Source: Acidobacteriota bacterium (GTDB taxonomy: Bacteria > Acidobacteriota > UBA6911 > RPQK01 > JAJDTT01). From it: a stretch of DNA of 64,000 bases. The notes beneath the pieces are model-generated. The model made no database searches and was not told the origin of the DNA. It saw only the letters and a list, made by a program, of their open reading frames with translations. The stretch's first letter is position 1. Each line of letters begins with the position of its first letter. The position numbers were made by a program, and so were the translations under genes. Shown in pieces: positions 42,480 to 51,585 of the stretch. The stretch is from assembly GCA_965263035.1 (NCBI GenBank), contig OZ253580.1, forward strand, positions 320,001 to 384,000, read 5' to 3'.

Positions 42480-43504
42480 GCGGACGGGCCAACGGAAACG
42501 TTCTCCGATTCCCCGGCAGGCGGGGCTGCCTGTTCTCGGACGAGCAGATGCGGGAGATGAGGGCCGCCGACCCGGCCAAGGTCCTCCAGACGCCAGCCGC
42601 GTTGCGGCGGTCCACGTTGGAGCGCAGCTTCCTGTCGGTCAGCAACTCCACCTCCAAGACCTACAAGGCCGCGTTGCGCGGGCTCGACAAATGGCTCGAC
42701 GACCGGGACCTCGACGACGGGCTCTTGGCCGACTACGCGTTGAGCCTCCACCGGGACGGGAAGGCCCCGAGCACGATCTCGACCGTGCTGGCGGCCGCGA
42801 GGTTCCGGGCCAAGGCCCTGAGGCAGCCGAACCCCGTCGGACCGGAGACGGAAGCCGTGAGGCGTCACGTCCGGCGGGAGGGCGCCGGACGCGGCAAGGG
42901 ACAGGCCAACCCCCTGACCCGGGACGAGGTGGAGCGGGTGATCTCGACGGCGGAGCGGGACGGCTCGGTCTGGGCGATCCGGGACGCGGCGCTGGTCGCC
43001 GCCGCGTTCTACTGCGGGCTCAGGTCCGCCGAGGTCACGGCCGTCAAGGTTCGGGACCTGGAGTTCCGGGACGACGGGACCGGGCTCCTCTCGATCCGGC
43101 AGTCCAAGAGCGACCAGTTCGGGCGCGGCAAGACGGTCCCCATCCCGAGGCCGGCAGCCCGTCGGATCTCGGCGTGGCTCCGCCTCGCCGGCATCGAAGC
43201 GGGACCGGTGTTCCCGGCAATCCAGACGAACGGGATCGGCGGGGCGCCGCCGAAGGTCCTGGACAGGGCGATGCACAAGGTCCACACGGGTAGGATCATC
43301 CGGGACCGGGCCAAGGCCGCCGGGTTTCCCGGGATCAGCTCCCACTCGATGCGAAGGTCCTTCGCCCAGCACCTGAGCCGGGAGGGATACGAGACCCACG
43401 TCATCGCGGAGGCCGGTCGGTGGTCCGACCTGAGCATGGTCCTGCGGTACACGCAGGGGACCCGGGCCGCCCGGTCCGCCGTCCTCTCGGCGTTCGACGA
43501 GTAG
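42476..43504 (+). CDS. tyrosine recombinase (Cre-like)
   Basis: RDAAL..GLRSAE (R), SKSDQ (K), SHSMRR (HxxR), AGRW (W as in Cre), LRY (Y). Confidence 0.92.
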   Translation: MSGRANGNVLRFPGRRGCLFSDEQMREMRAADPAKVLQTPAALRRSTLERSFLSVSNSTSKTYKAALRGLDKWLDDRDLDDGLLADYALSLHRDGKAPSTISTVLAAARFRAKALRQPNPVGPETEAVRRHVRREGAGRGKGQANPLTRDEVERVISTAERDGSVWAIRDAALVAAAFYCGLRSAEVTAVKVRDLEFRDDGTGLLSIRQSKSDQFGRGKTVPIPRPAARRISAWLRLAGIEAGPVFPAIQTNGIGGAPPKVLDRAMHKVHTGRIIRDRAKAAGFPGISSHSMRRSFAQHLSREGYETHVIAEAGRWSDLSMVLRYTQGTRAARSAVLSAFDE

Positions 43505-43649
43505 ACCCCCCGGCGGGCTGTCACCGCAACACGATATGATTGTTCGCGTGGCCGATTTTCTCCTTTTCTGGCCACAAGCTGCCTCTCGGTTGGGGAGGGA
43601 ATTTGATAGCCTCCCTCCCCGATCCGCCGGGAGGGAGTATAATAGGCTA

Positions 43650-44095
43650 TGCGGGTCGCCACCCTTCCCCCGGCGATCCGTTTCGTGGCCCCGGGAACTC
43701 GCCGATTTCATTGCACAATCTTGGTTCCCTCCCGGGGCCTTTCCCCCTTCTGTCGTGCCGTTGGGGTAAAGTGGTTTCGCAATGAAATTGGCGAGACGCT
43801 TACCGGTCGGCAACGGCCACTTGCACCCAGCGCCAATCGAGCACGCCGTTACTGGGGGGGAGATCCCGCAGCGGCAGCCCAAGATCCACGGACGGAAGCG
43901 GGCTAGGGGAGATCGTCAGGTCTCAGAGAAATCCGTCTAGTCGCGGCTGCTGACGCAGTGAAACGCGGCCCCACGACGGCCCCTGCATATCAGGGTCCGG
44001 GCAAGGATCTGCACCTCGCAAGTCTTGGAACCTTCGGGTTTCGGGCGGGGAGGGGTAGATCCTCGCCCACTCAAACCCCGCATATTCGGATTATG
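43650..44095 (+). ncRNA. putative large structured non-coding RNA or structured origin
   Basis: TATAAT at 43638; 17-bp stem 43698-43714/43779-43795 with a G-U pair, nested stems, GCAA and cUUCGg tetraloop hairpins; no credible long ORF. Confidence 0.5.
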
Positions 44096-44341
44096 GGGAT
44101 TAAGGGGGAATGGGGAACGAGAGAGAGAAAGAGTATGTCGCCCGTCGAATCACCGTCTGGGTCAAGACCACCGAGCTAAGGGGGAAGGAGGGAGGTCGAA
44201 CATGATGGACTTGTTCAGGCCGTCGTGCCGAATCCCGGGATTTACGGCCAAATCCCTCAGTGGTATCAGCCGAGGGCAAGGGGACCCCTATGAATTCTCC
44301 CCGGAAAGCAGGGGGCGGTCGTGTGGGGGGTCTTCGCACAC

Positions 44342-45805
44342 ATGAGCCGCCGCCGGGTCGAGTGGCCCCCCTCGATAGACCTCAGGCCGTTCCAACGCCG
44401 GTTCCTGTCCAATCTGCTAAGGCCAAGCACCAGAACCGCCGTCCTCTCGATGCCGAGGGGGAACGGGAAGTCGACCTTGCTCGCCCACGTTTGCCGGAGG
44501 GTCATGGACCCCGGAGACAAGCTGTTCGCCGACGGCGAGGACGTCTACCTCGTCGCCAACAGCCTCCAGCAGGCCGTCAGGACGACGTTCGGGATCTTCC
44601 GGTCGATGATGCCGGACGACCCGTTGGCGTACCGCTTCACCGAGAACACACAGGCCGCCCAATGCCTTCACGTCCGCTCGCGGACCAAGTTGACGGTCCT
44701 CCCCGCCAGCGGCAAATCGGCCTCCGGGATCGTACGGGCCCGGCTGGTCGTCTGCGACGAGCCGGCCGCCTGGCACGCCGCCGCCGGCCTGACGATGTTC
44801 GAGTCGATCCAGGGGGCAATCGGCAAGCCGGGGTCCCGGCTGAAGGTCGTCTACATCGGCACCCGAAGTATCGGCGGCGCCGCCCCCCCGGACCCCGAGA
44901 GCTGGTGGCCGACCTTGATCCGGGAGGGGTCCCGGGGGTTGACCTACGTCCAATTTCACCAGGGGGACCCCGACCGGTGGGACCAGTGGCAGAACATCCG
45001 CCGGGCGAATCCCCTCATGAGCCTCTTCGCCGAGTCGAGGGCCGTCCTGTTGGAGGAGCGGGACAAGGCCCGGACCGATCCCCGGCTCCGTGCGGCGTTC
45101 CTCTCGGATCGGCTGAACGTCCCCCGTGGGGACTCCTCCGCGGTGCTCTTGACGGTGGACGACTGGCGGCGGGTGCTCGACCGGCCCGTGGCGCCGAGCT
45201 CGGGCCGCCCCGTCTGCGGGGTGGATTTGGGCGGCGGACGGGCCTGGTCGAGTGCCGTGGCCGTCTGGCCGGGCGGCAGGACGGAGGCGGTCGCGCTGGC
45301 CCCCGGGATACCGGACCTCGAACGGCAGGAGAAACGGGACGGGGTGACCCCGGGCACCTATCGGCGGCTGGCCGACATCGGCGCCCTCGTCGTGGCCGAA
45401 GGCCTCAGGGTGCCGCCCGTCTCCCTGCTGGTGGCTCACGTGCGGGAATGGGGACCCGCCGCCATCGTCTGCGACCGGTTCAGGTACTCCGAGTTGCAGG
45501 ACTCGAACCCCGGATGCCCGATCGTCCCACGGATCAACAGGTGGTCGAACAGCACGGAGGACATAAGGTGCCTCCGTCGCGGGTGCCTCGACGGACCGCT
45601 CTCGGTGGCCGCTGGCTCCCGGGCCCTGGTCGAGGCGAGCCTGAGGGTCGCGACCGTCGTCAACGACGATTCGGGGAACTCCCGGCTGCGGAAGTCGAGC
45701 AACAACAAGGCCCGGGACGACGTGGCCCAGAGTTGGCTGCTGGCCGCCGGCGCCAACGCCCGCAGGAGGCCCGCCAGGACGCCCAGGATCTCCTTGGTGG
45801 GCTAA
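44342..45805 (+). CDS. phage terminase large subunit
   Basis: RPFQ (Q motif), MPRGNGKS Walker A, VVCDE Walker B, CGVDLG and RDD nuclease acidic residues. Confidence 0.88.
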   Translation: MSRRRVEWPPSIDLRPFQRRFLSNLLRPSTRTAVLSMPRGNGKSTLLAHVCRRVMDPGDKLFADGEDVYLVANSLQQAVRTTFGIFRSMMPDDPLAYRFTENTQAAQCLHVRSRTKLTVLPASGKSASGIVRARLVVCDEPAAWHAAAGLTMFESIQGAIGKPGSRLKVVYIGTRSIGGAAPPDPESWWPTLIREGSRGLTYVQFHQGDPDRWDQWQNIRRANPLMSLFAESRAVLLEERDKARTDPRLRAAFLSDRLNVPRGDSSAVLLTVDDWRRVLDRPVAPSSGRPVCGVDLGGGRAWSSAVAVWPGGRTEAVALAPGIPDLERQEKRDGVTPGTYRRLADIGALVVAEGLRVPPVSLLVAHVREWGPAAIVCDRFRYSELQDSNPGCPIVPRINRWSNSTEDIRCLRRGCLDGPLSVAAGSRALVEASLRVATVVNDDSGNSRLRKSSNNKARDDVAQSWLLAAGANARRRPARTPRISLVG

Positions 45806-45920
45806 CCCGGAGAATTCATGGCATAATGACTTGAGCTTGACAATTTGAACCGCATGTGAGAGCCCGCCGCCGCTGATTGGCTGCCACCTCTTTAGCCGTG
45901 ACCACCCGGGAGGGGGAGCC

Positions 45921-46187
45921 TTGACCCGCAAAGAAGCCAACGATCGAATCTACTCGTCGCGACGGTGGCGACGCCTCCGCCTGTCGGTCCTCGACCGTGC
46001 CGGCTGGCGCTGCCGTAAGTGCGGGCGGGCCGGACGCTTGGAGGTCCACCACAAGCACCCTGTTCGCGAGGGCGGCGAAGCCTGGTGCGAATCCAACCTC
46101 CAGCCCCTCTGCCGTACCTGCCACTTCCGCACCCATGTTCCCCTGCCGGCTGACGTGGCCGAGTGGAGGGCCTTCGCCGGTGCCTAA
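45921..46187 (+). CDS. HNH endonuclease (HK97 gp74-like terminase cofactor)
   Basis: RWRRLR..L.R...CRKC...EVHH...NLQPLCRTCH. Confidence 0.9.
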   Translation: MTRKEANDRIYSSRRWRRLRLSVLDRAGWRCRKCGRAGRLEVHHKHPVREGGEAWCESNLQPLCRTCHFRTHVPLPADVAEWRAFAGA

Positions 46188-46950
46188 CTTGAGTAGGATA
46201 TGGCGGCTCCACCCATTGACCGGCGGGCAGCCCAGCAGCCACTCGCTCTCGATTTGGGTCGAGACGCTGGGGTTGCGGGGGGAGCCGTACGGGGACCGTC
46301 TGCAAAGCGCGGACCCGCCCAGTTTCATCTCCCCCGCCAGCGGCTCCGAAGAGGCGCCGTCCCCCCGGACGAAACGGGTCTACACCCTGTCCCGCATGGG
46401 CGACCCCGTGCTCGTGGACGTGGGGGACCCGATCGGCTTCGAGACGCTTCGCATACGCCACCGGGACCTGTCCACCCACTCGATCTTCAGCGACGAGGAC
46501 GGCCGGGAGTGGCATGTCGAGAAGTTCGCCGACCCCGACGGGCGGCGGCGCTGGACGCAGGTCGAGCTTGTCGCCTACCGGATCGCCCCACCAGACGAGG
46601 TCCCCTCGTTCACGGCCCCGACGGGCTGGACGCTGGAGGAGGGCGGGGACCCGGTCCAATTGCTGACCGTGTCGGCCCGTGTGCGGACCCAGGACGCCTA
46701 CCACGAATTCGTCGGGCTCCGGTTCGGCCACGTGAACGCGTGGACTGCTACCGGCTTCGTCGTCGGGGAGTACCCCGTCGAACGGCCTGACGGCCTTGAG
46801 GGGACATTGATGTTCACCCAGGGGGCCGACCCCCAGGAAGGTCTCGGGGCGGGGGAGGACTGGCCCGGAGACGGAGCCTGCCTCATCGACGGAATACTAG
46901 CGTCCCGGGCCCTGGAGCTCGGGGCCGTCATTCGAATCAAGGGAACCTAA
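46180..46950 (+). CDS. putative head-closure/head-tail adaptor protein with C-terminal extension
   Basis: GGAGGG RBS with GTG 46180; LRIRHR...WHVEKFADPDGRRRWTQVEL resembles SPP1 gp16/HK97 gp7-type stoppers; about 120 extra C-terminal residues. Confidence 0.5.
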   Translation: MPNLSRIWRLHPLTGGQPSSHSLSIWVETLGLRGEPYGDRLQSADPPSFISPASGSEEAPSPRTKRVYTLSRMGDPVLVDVGDPIGFETLRIRHRDLSTHSIFSDEDGREWHVEKFADPDGRRRWTQVELVAYRIAPPDEVPSFTAPTGWTLEEGGDPVQLLTVSARVRTQDAYHEFVGLRFGHVNAWTATGFVVGEYPVERPDGLEGTLMFTQGADPQEGLGAGEDWPGDGACLIDGILASRALELGAVIRIKGT

Positions 46951-46963
46951 ATGGAGGAGTGAC

Positions 46964-48190
46964 ATGACCAAAGAAACACGCGAGGCGCTGCTGAAAGCCA
47001 GCGAGATTCGCACCAAGATCAACATGGAGCAGGCCAAGTCCGAGCCGAATTCCGAGACCCTGGAGACCCTGCGAAAGCAGTCCCTGGACGCGGAGGGGGA
47101 ACTCCGGGAGGCCCTGGCCAAGGACGAGGACGACGAGTCCATCGCCAAGACCCCGGACCGCGAGGAGCGGGACCGCCTGGAGCTGCGGTCCAAGTCCCGG
47201 TTCCATCGGTTCGTCAGGGCGGCGGTTCTCGGCAGGGAGGTTGACGGCGCGGAGGCCGAGTATGCCGACTCCCTGGGCTGCCCCGGACTGGTCCCGCTGG
47301 ACCTGTTCGAGACCCGGAGCCGGGAGCAGCGAGCGGTCACTCCGGGCCCGGCCGACGGCGACGTGAACAAGACCACGGCTCGGATCGTTCCGGCCCTCTT
47401 CGACCGGTCGGTTGCGCCGTGGCTGGGAATCGCCATGCCCACGGTCGGAACGGGCATCCAGTCCTTCCCGGTGCTGAGCACCAGCCTGACCGGCGGACCC
47501 AAGGCCGAGGACGCGGCAGCCGCGGAGACGGCGGGCGCGTTCACCGTCACCGACGCCGACCCTCGGCGGCTCACCGGCTCGTTCAAGATCCGCAAGGAGG
47601 ACATCGCCAAGATGTCGGGCCTCGAGGAGTCCCTCCGGTCCAACCTGTCCAGCGTCCTGAGCGACGAACTGGACAAGCAGGTCGTCAACGGCACCGCACC
47701 GCACCTGAACGGCATCCTTGAGCAGCTCACCAACCCCACGGCCCCGGCTGCTTCGGCGGAGAGCTTTGTCCGATACGTCACTGCCTTCGCCTCGCACATC
47801 GACGGGTTGCACGCTGTCCAGGAAACGGACGTGCGCGGTCTCGTCGGTCGGCAAACGCTCCGGCACATGGCTGCCACTTTCGGTGGCGCGGCAGTCCGTG
47901 GGGACCGCTCGGCAGCCGAGTACCTGCGCACGTCGTTCGGCGGGGTGCGGGCCACGAGGCGGATCGCGGACCCGGCGAGCAACGTCCAGCAGGTCATCAT
48001 CCGTCGGTCCAACCCGGCAGGCGACCGGGTGGCCGTGGCTCCCGTCTGGAGCGGCTTGGAGTTGATCCGCGACCCGTACACCGAGGCTGGCAAGGGCCAG
48101 ATCGTCGTGACCGGGATCGTCCTGGTCGGCGGGGTCGTCCTGCTTCGGTCCGGCGCATTCGTGCAGGACTCGTTCAGACTGGCCGCGTGA
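46964..48190 (+). CDS. major capsid protein (HK97 fold)
   Basis: GGAGG RBS; N-terminal charged coiled coil (delta domain); LVP, ELDKQVVNG..LNGIL, LIRDPYTEA.KGQI, C-terminal AF. Confidence 0.85.
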   Translation: MTKETREALLKASEIRTKINMEQAKSEPNSETLETLRKQSLDAEGELREALAKDEDDESIAKTPDREERDRLELRSKSRFHRFVRAAVLGREVDGAEAEYADSLGCPGLVPLDLFETRSREQRAVTPGPADGDVNKTTARIVPALFDRSVAPWLGIAMPTVGTGIQSFPVLSTSLTGGPKAEDAAAAETAGAFTVTDADPRRLTGSFKIRKEDIAKMSGLEESLRSNLSSVLSDELDKQVVNGTAPHLNGILEQLTNPTAPAASAESFVRYVTAFASHIDGLHAVQETDVRGLVGRQTLRHMAATFGGAAVRGDRSAAEYLRTSFGGVRATRRIADPASNVQQVIIRRSNPAGDRVAVAPVWSGLELIRDPYTEAGKGQIVVTGIVLVGGVVLLRSGAFVQDSFRLAA

Positions 48191-48738
48191 TGCCAATCAG
48201 CATCCTGAGGGGTCCCGCCGGCGCGGGCAAGTCGCAGTGGTTAAGGCGGAACGTTGGGGATGGCGAGATCATCCTCGACACCACGCCGATTTGGGCTGCG
48301 TTGACCAACGTCGAGCGGGACCCAGAGGGCCGTTACCGGGTTCGCCTCTTGGGAGAACCCGGATTGCGGGCGGCCCAATTCGCCAAGTGGAGCACCTTGG
48401 CCTTCGCAGCCAGGGAGAACCTGCCGGCTTGGTTCACCATCGCCAACTCCTCACCGGAGGCCATCACCCGCGTCCAGCAGGTCGTGGAGCGTGCCGGCGG
48501 GAGGATCGGGCGGATACGGACCGAGGACCCCGGCTTGGATACGGCCCTGGATCGGCTGGTCATCCCCAAGGCGTCCGTACCGGACGGCTGGGAGATCGTC
48601 GAGGACGGGGACGGCCGGAAGTACCTGCTCGACGAGTGCGACAACGCCCTCGCCAAGTGGTACGCCCGGAGCCCGGTTGCGGCGCGGATCGTCGCGAAGA
48701 AATACGGGCTGGCGTCCCGGCGCTCCGGGAGGAGGTAG
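48187..48738 (+). CDS. small P-loop NTPase/kinase-like protein
   Basis: ILRGPAGAGKS Walker A, IILD; overlaps the capsid stop. Confidence 0.65.
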   Translation: MMPISILRGPAGAGKSQWLRRNVGDGEIILDTTPIWAALTNVERDPEGRYRVRLLGEPGLRAAQFAKWSTLAFAARENLPAWFTIANSSPEAITRVQQVVERAGGRIGRIRTEDPGLDTALDRLVIPKASVPDGWEIVEDGDGRKYLLDECDNALAKWYARSPVAARIVAKKYGLASRRSGRR

Positions 48739-48740
48739 AC

Positions 48741-49193
48741 ATGGTGGAGAAGATTCATCGAAACGTCGAGATGGAACTGAGGGAAGGCCGCAACGGGCCC
48801 ATGCTCCACGGGACGATCGTCCAAGAGGGACGGGCCGCCACCGGTGGCCGGGCCGAGTTGTTCGCCCCCGGGAGCGTCACCTGGCCGGAGAACGGCATCG
48901 GGATCAAGGTCGGCCACGACGGGACGGAGGAGAGCCGGACCTACCCCGTGAGGTCCCCGAACGGAGAGATCAGGATCGCGGCCAAGGCCACCGAGCGGAT
49001 GGTCCGGGCCGTCCGGGAGGGCAAGACGGGGATGAGCGTCGAGTTCATCGCCTTGAGTGAGAACCGGACCAAGGGCGGGGTCAGGGAGCTCACCCGTGCC
49101 CTGGTGGACGCGGCGGCCATGACGGCGACCCCCGAGTACCAGCAGGGGCGGGCCGAGCTCCGGGCCAAGCGGGGGTACCAGATATGGCTGTGA
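48741..49193 (+). CDS. HK97-type prohead protease
   Basis: GGAGG RBS; ELFAPGSV, VGHD (His), GMSVEF (Ser), TPEY. Confidence 0.82.
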   Translation: MVEKIHRNVEMELREGRNGPMLHGTIVQEGRAATGGRAELFAPGSVTWPENGIGIKVGHDGTEESRTYPVRSPNGEIRIAAKATERMVRAVREGKTGMSVEFIALSENRTKGGVRELTRALVDAAAMTATPEYQQGRAELRAKRGYQIWL

Positions 49194-49498
49194 ATGCCTC
49201 CCAGTTGGCCCTGGCCCTACGCATCGTCGCCGACGAGGGGGATAGCCTGCCATCGGGCCAGACGGCCGTCCTGACGCGAATCCTGGCCGTTTCCGTCGCC
49301 TTGGTCGAGAAGCACGTCGGCGAGGGCGACCTCGACACGGACGTGGAGGACGAGGCCGTGATTCGCCTGTCCGCGTACTTGTTCGACACCGACCCGGTAC
49401 GGTCCAGGGGGAACGCGATGGTCAACAGCGGGTGCGCCCATCTGATCGACCAGTTCCGAACCCGGCGATCCGCCGTGGTCGAGGAGGACGACGAATGA
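49184..49498 (+). CDS. head-tail connector (HK97 gp6-like)
   Basis: 104-aa helical protein, LALALRI..ALVEKH..DEAVIRLSAYLFD..LIDQFR. Confidence 0.7.
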   Translation: MAVNASQLALALRIVADEGDSLPSGQTAVLTRILAVSVALVEKHVGEGDLDTDVEDEAVIRLSAYLFDTDPVRSRGNAMVNSGCAHLIDQFRTRRSAVVEEDDE

Positions 49499-50493
49499 GG
49501 TTCCAAGGCCGGGAGGTCCGGCTACCGTGGGAGCAGCGCTCCACAAGCTACTCGGAACTGATCGTGGCCGGTCTCCAGGCCCGGGCCGGGGGGGATGCCA
49601 ACGCGGACCTGCTGGCCACCGTCGAGGCGGCCTGCGGGATCTGGGAGAGGTCCCTGGCTGCTGGACGGTCATCGGTCCTCAGTCCGGCGCAACTGGCGAT
49701 GATCGGGCGCTCCCTGCTGCTCACCGGCGAGTCGGTCTGGTGGAAGTCCATGGGGTCCGGCCTGATGCCGGTCTCCCAGTGGGACCTGTCGGGCAAGTCG
49801 GCGGCCCAGAGCCGGTGGACCTACAAGCTCACCCTCTCGGTGCCGGATGGGACGATCCTCAAGGACGCCCATTCCAAACGGGTCCTCCACGTGCGGATCG
49901 GCAGCACCCCGGACCGGCCATGGGAGGGCACGAGCCCCCTGGCCCGCTCCGCGGCCACCAGGGACGCGCTGAGGGCGATCGAGGCGTCACTCCGCAAGAG
50001 CCACCAGGGACCGATCGGGGACATTTTGCCCGTGCCGGACCCCACCGACGAGAACCTGAATTCGGCGCTGCTCGGACTCAACGGCAAGACGCTGCTGGTG
50101 GAGCACTCGGAACTCGGCCTGCCGGGAGAGGGTCAGTCCGGCCGGACGACCTGGAACCCGAGACGGATCGGGCCGGCACCCTCGGAGGGAACGGTAGCGG
50201 CCCGGGAACCACTGCGACGTGACCTGCTGGAGGCTGCCGGCCTTCCCCCGAGCATGGTGGCACCGTCCACGGCCAACAGCGCCAGGGAGGGCCTGCGCCA
50301 GTTCCTCTGGACCACCGTCTCCCCGGTCGTCGGGTTGATCTCGGCGGAGTTGGAGCGGGTCGGGCTCGACCCCGAGATCGACATGAGCGGCCTGAACGCC
50401 AGCGACCTGGCGGGCCGCGCCCGGGCACTGGGCCAGATGGTCAAGGCCGGGGTTCCGCTCGACGAGGCCCGGAGGCTCACCGGCATGGAATGA
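49495..50493 (+). CDS. phage portal protein (short, 332 aa)
   Basis: GAGGAGG RBS; ATVEAAC, LLLTGE, VLHVR..WEGTSPL, AAGLPP, LDEARRL pattern of HK97-type portals. Confidence 0.75.
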   Translation: MRFQGREVRLPWEQRSTSYSELIVAGLQARAGGDANADLLATVEAACGIWERSLAAGRSSVLSPAQLAMIGRSLLLTGESVWWKSMGSGLMPVSQWDLSGKSAAQSRWTYKLTLSVPDGTILKDAHSKRVLHVRIGSTPDRPWEGTSPLARSAATRDALRAIEASLRKSHQGPIGDILPVPDPTDENLNSALLGLNGKTLLVEHSELGLPGEGQSGRTTWNPRRIGPAPSEGTVAAREPLRRDLLEAAGLPPSMVAPSTANSAREGLRQFLWTTVSPVVGLISAELERVGLDPEIDMSGLNASDLAGRARALGQMVKAGVPLDEARRLTGME

Positions 50494-50623
50494 GGAATGA
50501 GGCTTGCGGCCACTCGCCGCCGGAGGCATGGGAAAGGTGCTCCGTCAACAAGAACCTACCCACAGCATTCTCCTTTTTCGGTTGGGGAGGGGGGCGACCC
50601 CCTCCCCGTTTTCCCCCGACCTG

Positions 50624-50995
50624 ATGGCGAAGAACCCCGAGACCGCGGAGCGGATGCGGAGGCTGTGGGCCGACCCGGAGTTCCGGGCCAAGCGGTCCGC
50701 CGCCATCAAGCGGGCCCACTCGAAACCCGACCTCCGGGCCAAGCGCCGGAGGATCACCACGAAACTCTGGCGGGACCCGGCCTACCGGGAAAGGGCCAGC
50801 GCCGCTTTGAGGGAGGCCCAGAACCGGCCGGAGGTCCGGCAGAGGAAGTCGGAGTCCATCCGGCGGGCCCTGGCCGCTCCCGAGCAGCGGGAGCGCCTGG
50901 GGAGGCCGCGCAGGCGGAAGGTCAGCGACTTCGCGGCCGCGTGGTTCGGGCTGGACGAGCCCTATGTCCCGGAGGGGGGTAGTGTCCTAATTTGA
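50624..50995 (+). CDS. basic helical-repeat (NUMOD3-like) DNA-binding protein
   Basis: Repeats LWADPEFRAKRS / AHSKPDLRAKRR / LWRDPAYRERAS / AQNRPEVRQRKS / ALAAPEQRERL; no nuclease domain; start uncertain. Confidence 0.55.
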   Translation: MAKNPETAERMRRLWADPEFRAKRSAAIKRAHSKPDLRAKRRRITTKLWRDPAYRERASAALREAQNRPEVRQRKSESIRRALAAPEQRERLGRPRRRKVSDFAAAWFGLDEPYVPEGGSVLI

Positions 50996-51176
50996 ATCTG
51001 GCGCAGAAACTCTCCGGGCTCGGCCCTGGAGGAAGGGACCAACGGACACTCAGAGCAGCGGCGGATCAGGATCGCTTCCCGACAGCGTGATTCGGCTGGA
51101 GTCCGGTTTGACCATTACAATCCCGGCGCATAGAATCAGCGGAAATTGACCGTTCTACCATGGGAGGAGGGTAGTT

Positions 51177-51560
51177 TTGAAGAAACAAAGAAGAACGATC
51201 AACGGTTCCGGTTCAAAATTGAAGCCACCCGAAAAGATACCTATTCAGTGGGTTCACGCAAAGGAATCTCGTTTGGTACCATATCACGGAGTGTTCGGGG
51301 GCCTCATACCCAGGGGGGATCTTCACGTCTCGATTTATGCTGAACAGATGCCCGACCCCGAGCCTGGACAGAATTTTCTCCAGCAGATTGAGGGTCAGAC
51401 AGGTCGGTACAAGGAAGAAAACAAACCCCGGAAGGCATCTCCGATCATCCGTGAGGTCCAGGTTCGATTTGTTATTCCACGCAGTCTGGTGCGCGATGTT
51501 GCGGACTGGTTCGCGCAGAAAGCGAACGAGATTGATCAATTCCCTTCTACCCCAGTGTAA
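51177..51560 (+). CDS. cargo gene A, hypothetical (DUF3467-like, possible chaperone)
   Basis: GGGAGGAGG RBS with TTG start; HGVFGGLIPRG..Y.E..P and IIREVQVRF...VADWF pattern. Confidence 0.7.
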   Translation: MKKQRRTINGSGSKLKPPEKIPIQWVHAKESRLVPYHGVFGGLIPRGDLHVSIYAEQMPDPEPGQNFLQQIEGQTGRYKEENKPRKASPIIREVQVRFVIPRSLVRDVADWFAQKANEIDQFPSTPV

Positions 51561-51585
51561 GCAGCCGGACAGAAAAGGAGGTCCG

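Noticed and set aside
43550-43830. 7-9-nt matches between the structured region and the attB target (CCGATTTTC, GGCGAGA, TGCACCC), suggesting bridge-RNA-like guiding
   Set aside because: A few matches of this length are expected by chance for these sequence sizes, and they do not sit in a paired guide-loop arrangement
43782-43940. 52-aa ORF whose ATG is buried in the 17-bp stem (possible type I toxin)
   Set aside because: No RBS and no hydrophobic helix; kept only as an alternative to the ncRNA model
45806-45920. Possible cos site between TerL and HNH
   Set aside because: A plausible location, but no diagnostic sequence can be confirmed by eye
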